Source of the DNA: Octopus sinensis
Taxonomy: Eukaryota
Length of the DNA stretch: 64,000 nt
NCBI RefSeq assembly: GCF_006345805.1
Contig: NC_043014.1
Span: forward strand, 45,694,001 to 45,758,000
Direction: 5' to 3'
In this document: positions 49,660 to 62,396 of the stretch, one piece after another
Numbering within the stretch: the stretch's first letter is position 1
Layout: each line of letters opens with the position of its first letter
Program-made: the position numbers and the translations under genes
Notes under the pieces: generated by a model
Seen by the model: the letters and a program-made list of their open reading frames with translations, nothing else
Databases searched by the model: none
What the model was told of the DNA's origin: nothing

Positions 49660-50350
49660 GATTAAACCTTTAGCATTCAAATTACTCTATCAAATATAAT
49701 TATTTTTTAATCATGTTTTGAATTAATCACTCATTACCACATCGCTTCAAGATTTTAGAGATGTGATTGATTATTTTTAGAATGACATCATAAGGTAGAT
49801 GTGAGAAGCTAGGTGTGGCCAGTTTGAAAGTAAAACAAGTAGAATATTTTGGCCAGATATGGCCTCTTTAAATACTTATGGGTTATGTTACCAACCCGGC
49901 TGAAACCGGCTCTGGCTCAGTACAAATGTTTTGTTTTCATAAGTTTTGAATTAAAATCTTCCACCAAACCTTAGTCCAATTTATGTTCCTGACACTAGCT
50001 TAATGATAACTAAGTTATTTTACTAAATTCTTTGTTATATTTAAAGTTAATTGAAAGAAACACAGGACATCTCAAAATAAATACAGTAACGAATGGATCA
50101 AATATATAATAGAGAAACAATTCTTAACCTTTTTAATACCAACTCAGCTGAAACCACCTCTGGCCCTGTAGTACAAATGTCTTATTTTCATAAGTGTTGA
50201 ACTAAAGTCTTCCCCCAAACCTTAGTCACAATTTATGTTCCTAACACTAGTTTAATGATAACTAAGTTATTTTATTAAATTCTTTGTTATATTTAAAATA
50301 ATTGAAAGAAACACAGAACATCTCAAAATAAATACAGTAACGAAAGGGGT
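49660..50350. mobile_element. piggyBac-type MITE cluster, including an A-spacer-B dimer (49880-50350)
   Basis: Same units and 23-bp spacer as the 17520 array. Confidence 0.8.
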
Positions 50351-50889
50351 ACTCATTCTATCAATCAATCAATCAATTCGCTAGGTGTGTCAAAATCCTT
50401 TTGTCATTATTCGTGACGTCATTTGATGACATGCCCTTTCAACTCTAGATCCGCATAAACTTTCCAGCAAAAATTTCATGCTCATTTATATTCTAAACAC
50501 CAGATAAATAATGGTAAAGTTATTTCACTAAATTCTTTTTCAAAACCAATTGAAACAAAAGCAACACATTTCAACAGGAATATGGTAACAAAAGCGTTAA
50601 AGAACCACTCCTGCCCCACATATTGATGGGACCTAAATAATGGCTCTATCAATTGAAGGGTGTGGCAAATTGTGGAAAACTGCACCACAGCAGAATTTAC
50701 ATTTTCTGTTTCATTCAAACTGAGTATTAAATGTCACCGAGTAAAAGATACGGGGGTTGCTGGTTCAAATCTTCTTCGTAGGGGTTCGTTGCTTTTTTGC
50801 CGTTTTATTTAATCTCAAATTGATGTTTACATAAGTATAACATTTAATACTGTTTTCATCTACGTGTACAAACACGCACACACATATAC

Positions 50890-50890
50890 A

Positions 50891-50970
<80 letters not shown>

Positions 50971-51293
50971 TGCTTACATACAAAGCAAAACGTTTCCCAT
51001 CAGTTTCAACGATGTCTTGTTCCATTAACAGACTTATCTCCTCATTAGATTAGCTTTTTATATATACACACATATATAGACAGACATATATATAGATACA
51101 TATACATACAGATAGATAGATACATACATACATACATACACATATATACACACATACATATACATATATACACACATACATACATATACACACACATACA
51201 TACATATATATATATATACACATATATACACACATACATACATATATACACACATACATATATATACACATACACACATACATACATATACAC

Positions 51294-51334
<41 letters not shown>

Positions 51335-51620
51335 CATACATATATATATATATATATATACACATACATATTATATATATATATATATAATAACACATAC
51401 ATACATACATATATATATACTCATACATACATATATATATACTCATACATACATACATATATACACACACATACATATATATACATACATATATACACAT
51501 ACATATATATACATACACATATACACATACATACATACATATATACACATACATACATACATATATACACATACATACATACATATATATATACACGTAT
51601 GTATGTATGTATATAAAAAT
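50890..51620. repeat. (TG)/(TA)/(TACA)n microsatellite field
   Basis: Visible. Confidence 0.97.
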
Positions 51621-51976
51621 TGACACTGCTTACAAGAAAAAAATCACCGCGCACGCACACATAGATAAAGACATATCTGTGCATATACATACACACACAG
51701 ACGTGCATATATATATATGTCTTTCATCTACTGGTTTCAGTCAGAGGCTGCTGAGGCCATGCTGGGGCAGCACCTTTGCAAAAAAAAAAAAAAAAAAAAA
51801 AAAAGAGTTTACGTGCATCAGCATGCATACACCCACAAAGCCCTTAATCACAAATCTACTGCTGGATCAAGACTGATCTGGGGTTAAACGACAACAGCAA
51901 CACAAACTGAAACCCAACAATTATTATTCAAACCGAAGACAGCGAAAACAGTTAACGAGAAACGATTATAATGACT

Positions 51977-52008
<32 letters not shown>

Positions 52009-54069
52009 GAGATATAACACTGTACTCAGTTCCCAGCAGATTAACGAGTTTTAAGAAGGCAAAGTAGTGGAGGCAAAGTTTTTAGCTGCCTTGGGGATAG
52101 AAATGATGAATTGAAAAGGATACTGAAACCCCTAAAAAACCCAAAAAACTACAAAAAGAAATCCCATTTCATCCCCATCCACCCACCATAATTATTTTCT
52201 TTCCTTTGATTTCATATTAATCTAAAGCTGTGTCCGTATATATAAGAAAAAATAATTAGAAATTAAAGAGCTGGCGATATTTGTAAATTGGGGGTTAAAT
52301 TAGGGGATTTAATCTTACCCTTGCTACAACAACAACGAAAGGGGATTAAGGTTGCTGAAAAAGCATGAAAAGTAAATCAGAAAAACAAAAATAAAAATAA
52401 AACTAACAAAGTAGATTTATGTCTTAGATTTATATGTTTTAGTTATTAGAGTTAGCTGTGGGGTCAGCATGTCTGAATGGCTTAGAAGTGTGCTTTGGAA
52501 TCACAAAGGTGTAAGTTCAATACCAACAGATGGCAGCTTGGACAAGAATTTTATTTTTTGTTTGTTTTTAACCCTTTAGCATTTAAACTGGTTATATCCG
52601 GCCAAAATATTCTCCCTTGTTTTATGTTCAAATCAGCCAGATCTGGTCTCTCACACCAACCCTACAATGTCATTCTAAAAATTAACAGTAACCTCATCAA
52701 AATCTCTAAGCTACAGAATAATCTTTTCTACTCTAGGCACAAGGCCTGAAAATTGGGGGAGGGAGCCAGTTGATTAGATCAACCCAGTATGCAACTGGTA
52801 CTTAATTTCTTGACCCCGAAAGGATGAAAGGCAAATTTGACCTCGGCGGAATTTGAACTCAGAACGTAACGACAGATGAAAAATCATGAGATAGTAAGTT
52901 CCATTCCCAGACCGGGCTGCGTGTTGTGTTCTTGAGCAAGACACTTTATTTCACGTTGATCCAGTTCACTCAGCTGTAGAAATAAGTTGCGACATCATTG
53001 GTGCCAAGCTGTATCGGCCCCTTTGCCTTTCCCTTGGATAACACTGGTGGCGTGGAGAGGGGAGTCTGGTATGCATGGGTGACTGCTGGTCTTCCATGAA
53101 CAACCTAGCCTGGACTTGTGCCTTGGAGGAGAACTTTCTAGGTGTAGTCCCATGGTCGTTCATGACGAAAGGGGGTCTTTACCCCATATTTGAATATATA
53201 CATATAGTATTAATAATAATCAGGAAAAGGGAAATTTTTGAACTCATTTTTGGATATATATCATCATCATCGTTTAACATCCGTTTTCCATGCTAGCATG
53301 GGTTGGACGATTTGACTGAGGGCTGGTGAACCAGATGGCTGCACCAGGCTCCAATCTGATCCGGCAAAGTTTCTACAGCTGGATGCCCTTCCTAACACCA
53401 ACCACTCCAAGAGTGTAGTGGGTGCTTTTATGTGTCACCAGCACAAGATATACATAATGGGGCTCTTTCAGTTTCTGTCTGCCACATCTGCTCACAAGGC
53501 TTTGGTTGGCCCAGGGCTTATAGTAGAAGACACTTGTCCAAGGTACCATGCAGTGGTTTTGAACCCAGGACCATGTGGTTGGGAACCAAACTTCTAATCA
53601 CACAGCCACAGCTGTGCCTATATATACTGTACGTATATGTATGTGTATGTGTATTATATGCAAGAACACACCCAGTTTATCTTAGTTTATCTTTTATCCT
53701 TAATCTTTGCCATATAATTAATAACACACACACCACATACTCAAAGAAGTGCTTAGCATGGAAAAGATGATATGATATGGTATGAGAGAATATCAGTGCT
53801 CTAGAAATCCCAATACATACACAATATCAGAATACGAACACACACACTGACACAATTATATGGAGACCCCTAAAAGACCCAGATACGTGCACAGAGAAGC
53901 AGCGTCATCATTGCTGTCGTCATATAGATACGGCCAAATGCCCCAGTTTTTACAGTGATAGTTTTCTGTAAGTATATTAACAACCATGCATATTGAATGA
54001 ATTCCCAAAGGTAATAAAAACTATCAAATTTAGGGCCCCCACCGCCTCATTGTTTTTTTGTCTTTATGT

Positions 54070-54204
54070 GAATATATATATACATACATACATATATACA
54101 TATATACATATACATATATACATATATTATACACACACATATATACACACACACATATAAATATACATATATACATATATTTATATACATATACATATAT
54201 ATAC

Positions 54205-54235
<31 letters not shown>

Positions 54236-54900
54236 CACATATATATACATATATATATACACATATATACATATATATATATACACATATATATATACAT
54301 ATATATATACATATTATATACATATAATATATACATATATATATACATATATATATACATATATATATACATATATATATACATATATATATATACATAT
54401 ATACATACTATTAACATACATATATATATACATATAATATACATATATATACATATATATATACATATTATATATACATATATATATATACATATATCCA
54501 TACATATATATATACATATATACATACATATATAATATATATCATATATATATACACTATACACATATATATATATACATATATATATACACATATACAC
54601 ATATATATATACACATATACACATATATATATACACACATATATATATACACATATATATACACATATATACACATATATATACACATATATATATACAC
54701 ACATATATATACACACATATATACACACATATATACACACATATATATACACATATATATATACACATATATATATACACATATATATATACACATATAC
54801 ATATACATATATACACATATATATACATACACATATATATACATATATATATATTATATACATATACATATATATGTACATCATACATACACATCTGTAT
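54070..54900. repeat. (TA)/(TACA)n microsatellite field
   Basis: Visible. Confidence 0.97.
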
Positions 54901-55556
54901 ATTGACAACTAAACTAAAAAAGAAAAAAATGTGACAGAAGCACACACACACACACACCACACATATACACACAAACACACACATGCCTACATACAATATA
55001 TACATCTGTACATTGACAAACAAAACTGGAAAAGGCAAGAAAAAGAAGAAAAAAGAAATTGGCAGAAATTCTACAGTATATAACGATGGAACCAAACCAA
55101 TGAAATGATTGTTCTGCTGACAAAATCTTGTAAGTCCCAAGTGGTTTCTAACGTTTCCAGTAAGAATTTGGTTACAATGATGGTATTTAAGGAACTTTCA
55201 GTATACCCAACATAATTTAGAACACCCCCCCCCCCACCACAACAGATTTCCACACTTCCACTTTTGTGTTCCCTACTTTTTAAAATTTTCTTTCTTTCAC
55301 TTCCCAAAATATCACTGCAATAGCAATTATTTCTACTAGGATACAGTGTGTGTGTTTTCTCTGTCAATCTGTCTGTCAAGTTTGTATGTCTTTGTCTGAC
55401 TCACAGTTCCTCAGTTACTCTGTCTTTATGCTTTCCTGTCAATTGGTCTCTTGCTTAGGATGTTTGCCTGCCTGCTTGCCAGTCTGCCTATCTGCCCACT
55501 GGTTTGCTGGTCCTGTCTGTCTGTCTGTCAGTCTGCCTATTTTGCCTGTCTACATA

Positions 55557-55935
55557 CACTACCGTCAGAAATTAATTAGCACCTTGATTTGCTCTTCACT
55601 CAAGGTATGTGCTGTCACCTAGTGGCCATATCTCGAACTATTGCTTTGTTGCGAGTTCACTGTTACGCAGAACGATGACGTAACTTTGTTTGCAGAGCAG
55701 TTTGAGAGTCTACACCCTTATGATGTTGACATAGCAGTGCAACAACAACTTGGAGTGCGGATGCAGACAATTCTTCCTTTGTTTAATAGATATAGGTAGC
55801 ACCTCGCAAGGACCGAAATCACACCATACTAAGTTTTCTCATCGCGTAAGACGTTTTGAACAGCTCATAGGTTAATTGATTTAACCTATTTAATGTAGAA
55901 ATTTGAGAAGTGCTAATTAATTTCTGACGCAAGTG
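55557..55935. mobile_element. Tc1/mariner-like MITE, TA TSD
   Basis: TIR cactaccgtcagaaattaattagcac / gtgctaattaatttctgacgcaagtg, 2 mismatches, TA on both sides. Confidence 0.85.
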
Positions 55936-55946
55936 TACATACACAT

Positions 55947-56235
55947 GGAGGCGCAATGGCCCAGTGGTTAGGGCAGCGGACTCGCGGTCGTAGGATCGCA
56001 GTTTCGATTCCCAGACCGGGCGTTGTGAGTGTTTATTGAGCGAAAACACCTAAAAGCTCCACGAGGCTCCAGCTGGGGGTGGTGATCCCTGCTGTACTAT
56101 TCCACCACTCTTTCTTCTGTTGGCCTGCTCGCTCAGCCAGCGGGGTGGCGTCATTTGAAGGCTAAAACAAGGCGAACGCATTGTGACCAGCGATGTGTAA
56201 CTATATCTGATGGACTGGTCGGTCACGTGATCACA
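55947..56235 (+). mobile_element. tRNA-derived SINE, third family
   Basis: Head identical to the reverse copy at 33347. Confidence 0.87.
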
Positions 56236-56410
56236 TACACACACACATGCACTCACAGATATATGATGGGCTTCTTTTAGTTTCCATCTACCAAATTCAC
56301 TCACAAGGTTTTAGCTGGCCTGAGGCTATACTAGAAGACACTTGCTCAAGGTGCCACACAATGAGACCGAGACCGAACCGTGAACCATGTGGTTGGGAAG
56401 CAACTTCTTT

Positions 56411-56648
56411 CAGTAGATCTGTCCATTAGCCAGCCTGTCCATTTGTTAGATTTGTCCATCAACCAGCCTGTCCACTTGTCAGTAGATCTGTCCATATGTC
56501 AGTAGATCTGTCCATCACCCAGCCTGTCCACTTGTCGGTAGATCTGTCCATTATCCAGCCTGTCCATTTGTCAGTAGATCTGTCCATCAGCCAGCCTGTC
56601 CATTTGTCTGTAGATCTGTCCATTATCCAGCCTGTCCACTTGTCAGTC
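56411..56648. repeat. 36-bp minisatellite (~6 units)
   Basis: cagtagatctgtccatcagccagcctgtccatttgt; appears as a 12-aa repeat in the ORF track. Confidence 0.9.
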
Positions 56649-57042
56649 AATCTCAGATACTGTGCATGTCTAATCCTATCCCATATGTGCTTGCCTTCAA
56701 GTGCACAACGTTATGTATACTTGTTTCTGTTGAATGTGCATGGCCATACTTTGACTGTGCAGTACTTGTCCATTCAAAGATGAAGATAATAAAAGTGGTG
56801 ACAGTGGCAATGATATGAATGTGGAATGTCTCTCACTTTGTCTTGTTATCCTTCATCTTTCACTTGTTTCAGTTATTGGACTGTGACCATGCTGGGGCAC
56901 CACCCTGAAGAAACTTTTAGTCGAATGAATTGGCCCCAGGACTTTATTTTTGTTCTCTTAAAGCCCGCTACTTATTTTATTGGTCTCTTTTGTCAAACTG
57001 CTACGGGGTCATAAATACACCAACATCAGTTGTACACACACT

Positions 57043-57094
<52 letters not shown>

Positions 57095-57314
57095 TCCAGC
57101 TATAGAAACCATGCTGAAGCAAATATTGGATCACAATGCAGTCCTCCAAATTTTTTGGGGGGCCTGTCAAACAATCCAAGCTATGTCAGCATGGAAAATG
57201 GATGTTAGATGATGATGATGATGATGATGATGAAGGCAATGTTGATATATGCAACCACAATGTCATTAATTTGCTTTATGCAGGATCAATGCCATCACTC
57301 CCCATAAAAAAATA

Positions 57315-57563
57315 TAAATGTTCCTTCTTGAGCCGGCTCATAATGAGGGCCGGTTTCCCAGTTTCAGTGGCGTAGAAATTCCCCACCTGGACAGGACGCC
57401 AGTCCGTCGCAGGATTACTTATTTTTGCCAGCTGAGTGGACTGGAGCAACGTGAAAATGAAGTGTTTTGCTCAAGAACACAACGCATCACCCGGTCCAGG
57501 AATCGAAACCACAACCTTACGATCATGAGTTCAACACCCTAACCACTATGCCACACGCCTCCA
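57315..57563 (-). mobile_element. tRNA-derived SINE, third family (reverse)
   Basis: Reverse of the 22604 type. Confidence 0.8.
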
Positions 57564-58463
57564 CATCACACCCCAGGCCAAATTATAACTTAGAAAATTA
57601 GATGTGATGATGGTCATGATGATGGTGGTGGTGGTGGTGATTGAGGCAGTGATGATGGAGATGGCCGTGACAATACTGGTGATGATGAGGTTTTGTTTCA
57701 CATATTTGAGAAAACTATGTAACATATCTCAGATTTACTCAGACCAAACGCACACACACACAATAGAGTAAGCAAGTGTGCAAAAGCAATCAAGATCTGA
57801 ATTGAGGCAAAAGCTGTGTGTGTGTGTGTGTGTGTGTATTATTGCTCTTCTCTGGAAGAAGTAGATGACTGAAGGGCAATTGTTGTGTGGCGGTGGTGGT
57901 GGTAGAGGTATGTGGTTGTAATCATGTCATGGCTCTGACTACTTTATTGTGTGTACATGCTTGTGTGCGAGCGAGCGAGCGAGTGAGTGAGTGAGTGAGT
58001 GAGTGAGTGAGTGAGTGAGTGAGTGAGTGAGCGAGCGAGCGAGCGAGTGAGTGAGTGAGTGAGTGAGTGAGTGAGTGAGTGAGTGAGTGAGTGAGTGAGT
58101 GAGTGAGTGAGTGAGTGAGTGAGTGAGTGAGCGAGCGAGTGAGTGAGTGTGTGGTGTGTGTGTGTGTGCAGACATGCATGAGACAAGAATAGAAACAATA
58201 TAGGTTCACTGTAAATTACAGGCCTTGTTTCTACTTCTTGCACATGAGACAGAGAGAGAACGAGAGAGAGAGGGGGGGAGAGAGAGAGAGAGGAGAGAGG
58301 GAGAGAGAGTTTACTCGAAGCAAGGCTCATTTAACTAATAAATTACATGTCTTCAGTAGTATGGCTTTTGTTGAGGTGTTAAAACTGTATATATTTAGAT
58401 TGGTCACACTTTTTCTGCAATGGTTTTATCAACTGGCTAACGTCTGTGAGTGTATATGTGTAA

Positions 58464-58499
<36 letters not shown>

Positions 58500-58523
58500 G
58501 GAATAATTACTATGAAGTATTGC

Positions 58524-58772
58524 GTATAAAGGGTCGTGGGTAAGGCCAAAACAATGCAATGTAAATCACAAGAAAACAAATATGTGAATTAATGTAGACT
58601 TACCTTGTATTTAATATTTCAGGACTATGACATTCGTCAGTTTCTTGAAAATGGGGTCATAACCCCGAAATATTGAATACAAGGTGAGTCTACATTAATT
58701 CACATATTTGTTTTTTTGTGATTTCCCTTGCATTTACTTTGCATTGTTTTGGCCTTACCCACGATCCTTTAT

Positions 58773-58774
<2 letters not shown>
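58524..58774. repeat. Inverted repeat (~100-bp arms, 46-bp loop) between (TA)n tracts; Penelope pLTR-like
   Basis: 58524-58620 is the reverse complement of 58667-58774, apart from a ~13-bp indel. Confidence 0.9.
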
Positions 58775-58821
<47 letters not shown>

Positions 58822-58822
<1 letters not shown>

Positions 58823-59120
58823 GAGGCACATGACCTAGTGGTTAGAGCAGTGGACTTGCAGTCGAGGGATCGCGGGTTCGAATCTCAGACCGGGCGATGT
58901 GTGTGTTTATGAGCGAAACACCTAAGCTCCACGCGGTTCCGGCAGAAGGTAATGGCGAAACTTCTGCTGACTCTTTCGCCACAACTTTCTCTCACTCTTT
59001 CCTCCTGCATCTTGCAGCTCACCTGCGATGGACCGGCATCCAATCCAGGTGGGGAACCTAAATGCCAAGGAAACCGGGAAACTGGCCCTTATGAGCCAGG
59101 CATAGCTCGAGAGGGAACAA
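58822..59120 (+). mobile_element. tRNA-derived SINE, third family variant
   Basis: A/B boxes and cagaccgggcg..gagcgaaacacctaagctccacg body. Confidence 0.82.
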
Positions 59121-59423
59121 GCATTTATATGCAACCACCATGTCATATTTATATTGAAGTGATTTTACTACTACTATTATTTTTACTATTATCATTTCTT
59201 AAATATAGCCACGAAACACGTGTCGTTATTGTACCAAATATACGTTTTATTTATTATTTTGCACATTACTCAATCATCGTTATATGTTTTATCTTATATT
59301 TAATCTTTCTATATAATATGTAATTTTCTAGATGGTATTTAATTTTTCATTATTGAATTGATAAAAGGTGCTTTTTTTTCTAATTTATATATATCTTTTT
59401 CTTTTCCACAGGTGTTCACTTAC

Positions 59424-59676
59424 AAAGATGGAAGAGGAACATTAACTGTATCAGTCTTACTTGTTTAGGAAGGCTTGCAAAAAAAGGCCTTAACCATTGC
59501 CTCTCCCTAGGACCAGCAAAAACAAAAAATTTCATGAATGTCTTCAGAATATACTGCTGCTGCTTAGTACCAAGTCGACTGATTGAGCAAGGCACTATTT
59601 TATCTGTTGCTTTAAGGATGATCCTGCATTCCACTGTGTTAATAATGCAGTAATCCCTCGCCATATCATGATTCAC
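59424..59676 (-). CDS. Candidate signal-peptide-bearing first coding exon of the IgSF gene (unconfirmed)
   Basis: ORF ends ..LIQLMFLFHL+T at a strong donor t|gtaagt (59423-59418) in phase 1; joined to 29739 it reads LMFLFHLFYIIYG-QTW. Start codon uncertain; implies a ~30 kb intron. Confidence 0.3.
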
Positions 59677-59756
59677 CTATTGCGGTTTATTATTTAAGCT
59701 TACATTGATTCCTCCATGGTGTTGTTTTGCATTTCAAATAAAATAAATATATATTA

Positions 59757-59960
59757 TTATTCATCGTTTAGTGTCCGCTTTCCATGCTGGCATGGGTTGG
59801 ACGGTGCAACTGGGGTCTGGGAAGCCAGAAGGCTGCACCAGGCCCAGTCTGATCAGGCAATGTTTCTACGGCTGGATGCCCTTCCTAATGCCAACCACTC
59901 CGTGAGTGTAGTGGGTGCTTTTTACGTGCCACCGGCACAGGTGCCAGACGAGGCTGGCAA
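59757..59960 (-). mobile_element. RTE-tail SINE-like element (reverse)
   Basis: Reverse complement of 13020-13226. Confidence 0.85.
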
Positions 59961-61023
59961 ATTATAAAAAAATATATACAGTACAGTACTGTTTCTACTT
60001 TGTAGATTTTCAACAATCGCAGAGGGTTTTGGAACATAACACCCATCATAGAAGAGGGATTACTGTAATCCAACCATCACAAATAGAAGAACCCAGAATA
60101 CAATACAATGGGCTGTTCCTGTTGTAACTCCAATGGTTTTGCTCAATAAGTTGTCAGAACTGCTGCTGCCATCTTCAGGGAACATCCGCAGCACCTGGCT
60201 GGTACAGGCCCTGGTACAATCAGTCTTGTTGTCAACTGTCATGTCACCACACCCCCAGCTATACCCGCTCCACCCTCCTAAAAGTAAGCCCCTGCATCCT
60301 CTCTGGGAAGCGAAGACCTGAGGGTATGTCGTAGTGGTGGTGGTAGTGGTGGTAGTGAGGTGTGTGAAGCAGCAAGGTGATAAATACAATATATACCCCA
60401 GCCAACTATGACATCAACTCCTCTCTTGCATGTAATCCTTCATTCAATCTACCCGGGTACTTGAGAGGGTATGTGGTTGTGGTAGTGGTGATGGCAGTAC
60501 ATAACACCAGGCAACAAACTATGACACCTGCCCTGGCCTCTTTCCCCACTCTGATTTGATCCCTTCCTTCCCCTCACAGACCTCTCAGGTTGAAAGGGGG
60601 CAGAACAGGTTTCTTTCCTCTGCTGCCCCTGTTAAAGGATCAATTTCCCATCACCGTGTCATGTTGTACACCTTTGTACCAGTTGTCTGTCTTCTGACTG
60701 TTCACAGCCCCTTGTACAGAACACACAAACAGACTCTCACAAACACACACACAGAGCTAACCATCTGGCCAAATGTAGTAACAGGGTCTGTAGATCTGTG
60801 ACAGATGCATGTATTTGCTTTGTTAGTCCTGCTTCAAGTTTGACATTTTACATTTGCAAAGCCCTGGTATTCCAGGGAGAAGGAAAACACAAACTAACAC
60901 CAGTTTAACCCTTCAGTGTTCAGAATATTTTGTCAAATCTAATGCTTATTTATTCACATTGTTTTGAATCAACCATGCATTATCTCATAGCTTCAAGATT
61001 TCAATAATGTGGTTGTTTATTTC

Positions 61024-61439
61024 TCAGAATCACATTGTGGGATAGGTATGAAAGGTTGAATCTGGCAAATTTGGGCATAAAACAAGTAGAATATTTGGGC
61101 CGGATATGGCCACTTTGAATGCTAAAGGGTTAATATCAATCCCTGACTGCTCTTATTTAACCCCACATAAACACCTGATCGACCTGATCCTGTAAGATCT
61201 ACATCAATAGACTTCCAGCCATGGCCACCTTTTCAGAATCACATTGTGGGATAGGTATGAAAGGTTGGATCTGGCAAATTTGGGCATAAAAACAAGTAGA
61301 ATATTTGGGCCGGATATGGCCAGTTTGAATGCTAAAGGGTTAATATCAATCCCTGACTGTTCTTATTTAACCCCACATAAACACCTGATCGACCTGATCC
61401 TGTAAGATCTACATCAATAGACTTCCAGCCATGGCCACC
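61024..61439 (+). repeat. 209-bp tandem duplication containing a piggyBac-type MITE right end + flank
   Basis: tcagaatcacattgtggg at 61024 and 61233; each unit contains gctaaagggttaa. Confidence 0.92.
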
Positions 61440-61935
61440 CTGTCTTATTTCAGATACAGTGCAGCTACATCTGCATTATTTAATGAGTATTTTAAAGTTT
61501 TTTTTTTTTAGGACAGTAGGATATGATTGAGGATGATTTGACTGCTCTTTTTTGGCATTTTGAGTGCCCACAAAGAAATATCCCTTTGCTCTGTCCCTCT
61601 ACAGTTAAAGAAAGGTTTGAAAAGAGAAAGTAAGGTCAATGTTGCCTCAGAAATGATGAGCATGAGTGGCAGAATGGACAGGGTACCTAAGAAAGTCACT
61701 GGGCTTTTTATGGCACAATGCAAGGTTGAGCTGGAGCAGCGGTAAACACGGCATCGAATATTGTCTTCAATATTAAAAAGATATCACTCAGGGGAAAAAT
61801 ATATGAGAGAGAGAGAGTTATATATTATTTGAGGTTAGGAGTTTTAAATCAGGACTGGAGTTGGATGTGTAAAAAAAGGAGTGAAGTAAATGTAAGGGGA
61901 AGTTATTGTAAGCCCTATTGTAGCCTACATTCTCT

Positions 61936-62396
61936 TTTACTCTTTTACTTGTTTCAGTCATTTGACTGCGGCCATGCTGGAGTACCGCCTTTAGTCAACC
62001 AAATCAACCCCAGGACTTATTCTCTGTAAGCCTAGTACTTATTCTATTGGTTTCTTTTGCCAGGTCCATGTTCAGTACCACTGTGTGGCACCTTGGGCAA
62101 GTGTCTTCTACTATAGCCTCGGGCCGACCAAAGCCTTGTGAATGGATTTGGTAGATGGAAACTGAAAGAAGCCCATCATATATATAAGTGTGTGTGTGTG
62201 TGTGTGTCTGTGTTCCCCCAACATTGCTTGACAACCGATGCTGGTGTGTTTACGTCCCTGTCACTTAGTGGTTTGGCAAGAGAGACCGATAGAATAAGTA
62301 CTAGGCTTACAAAGAATAAGTCCTGGGGTTGATTTGCTCGACTAAAGGCGGTGCTCCAGCATGGCCACAGTCAAATGACTGGAACAAATGAAAGAA
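61936..62396. mobile_element. CORE-like SINE with an inverted copy of its own 3' end on the 5' side
   Basis: 61936-62063 is the reverse complement of 62272-62396. Confidence 0.82.

Noticed and set aside
50414-50421. Perfect CRE TGACGTCA
   Set aside because: A single 8-mer is expected by chance, and another lies inside a SINE (~15490).
50482-50718. ORF with a hydrophobic stretch as signal exon
   Set aside because: No convincing phase-1 donor after the hydrophobic segment.
59205-59230. gccacgaaacacgtgtcg as a hammerhead 3' half
   Set aside because: No upstream CTGANGA or stem II partner visible.
61604-61635. Plus-strand microexon (acag|25 nt|gtaagg)
   Set aside because: No partner exons or recognisable product on the + strand.
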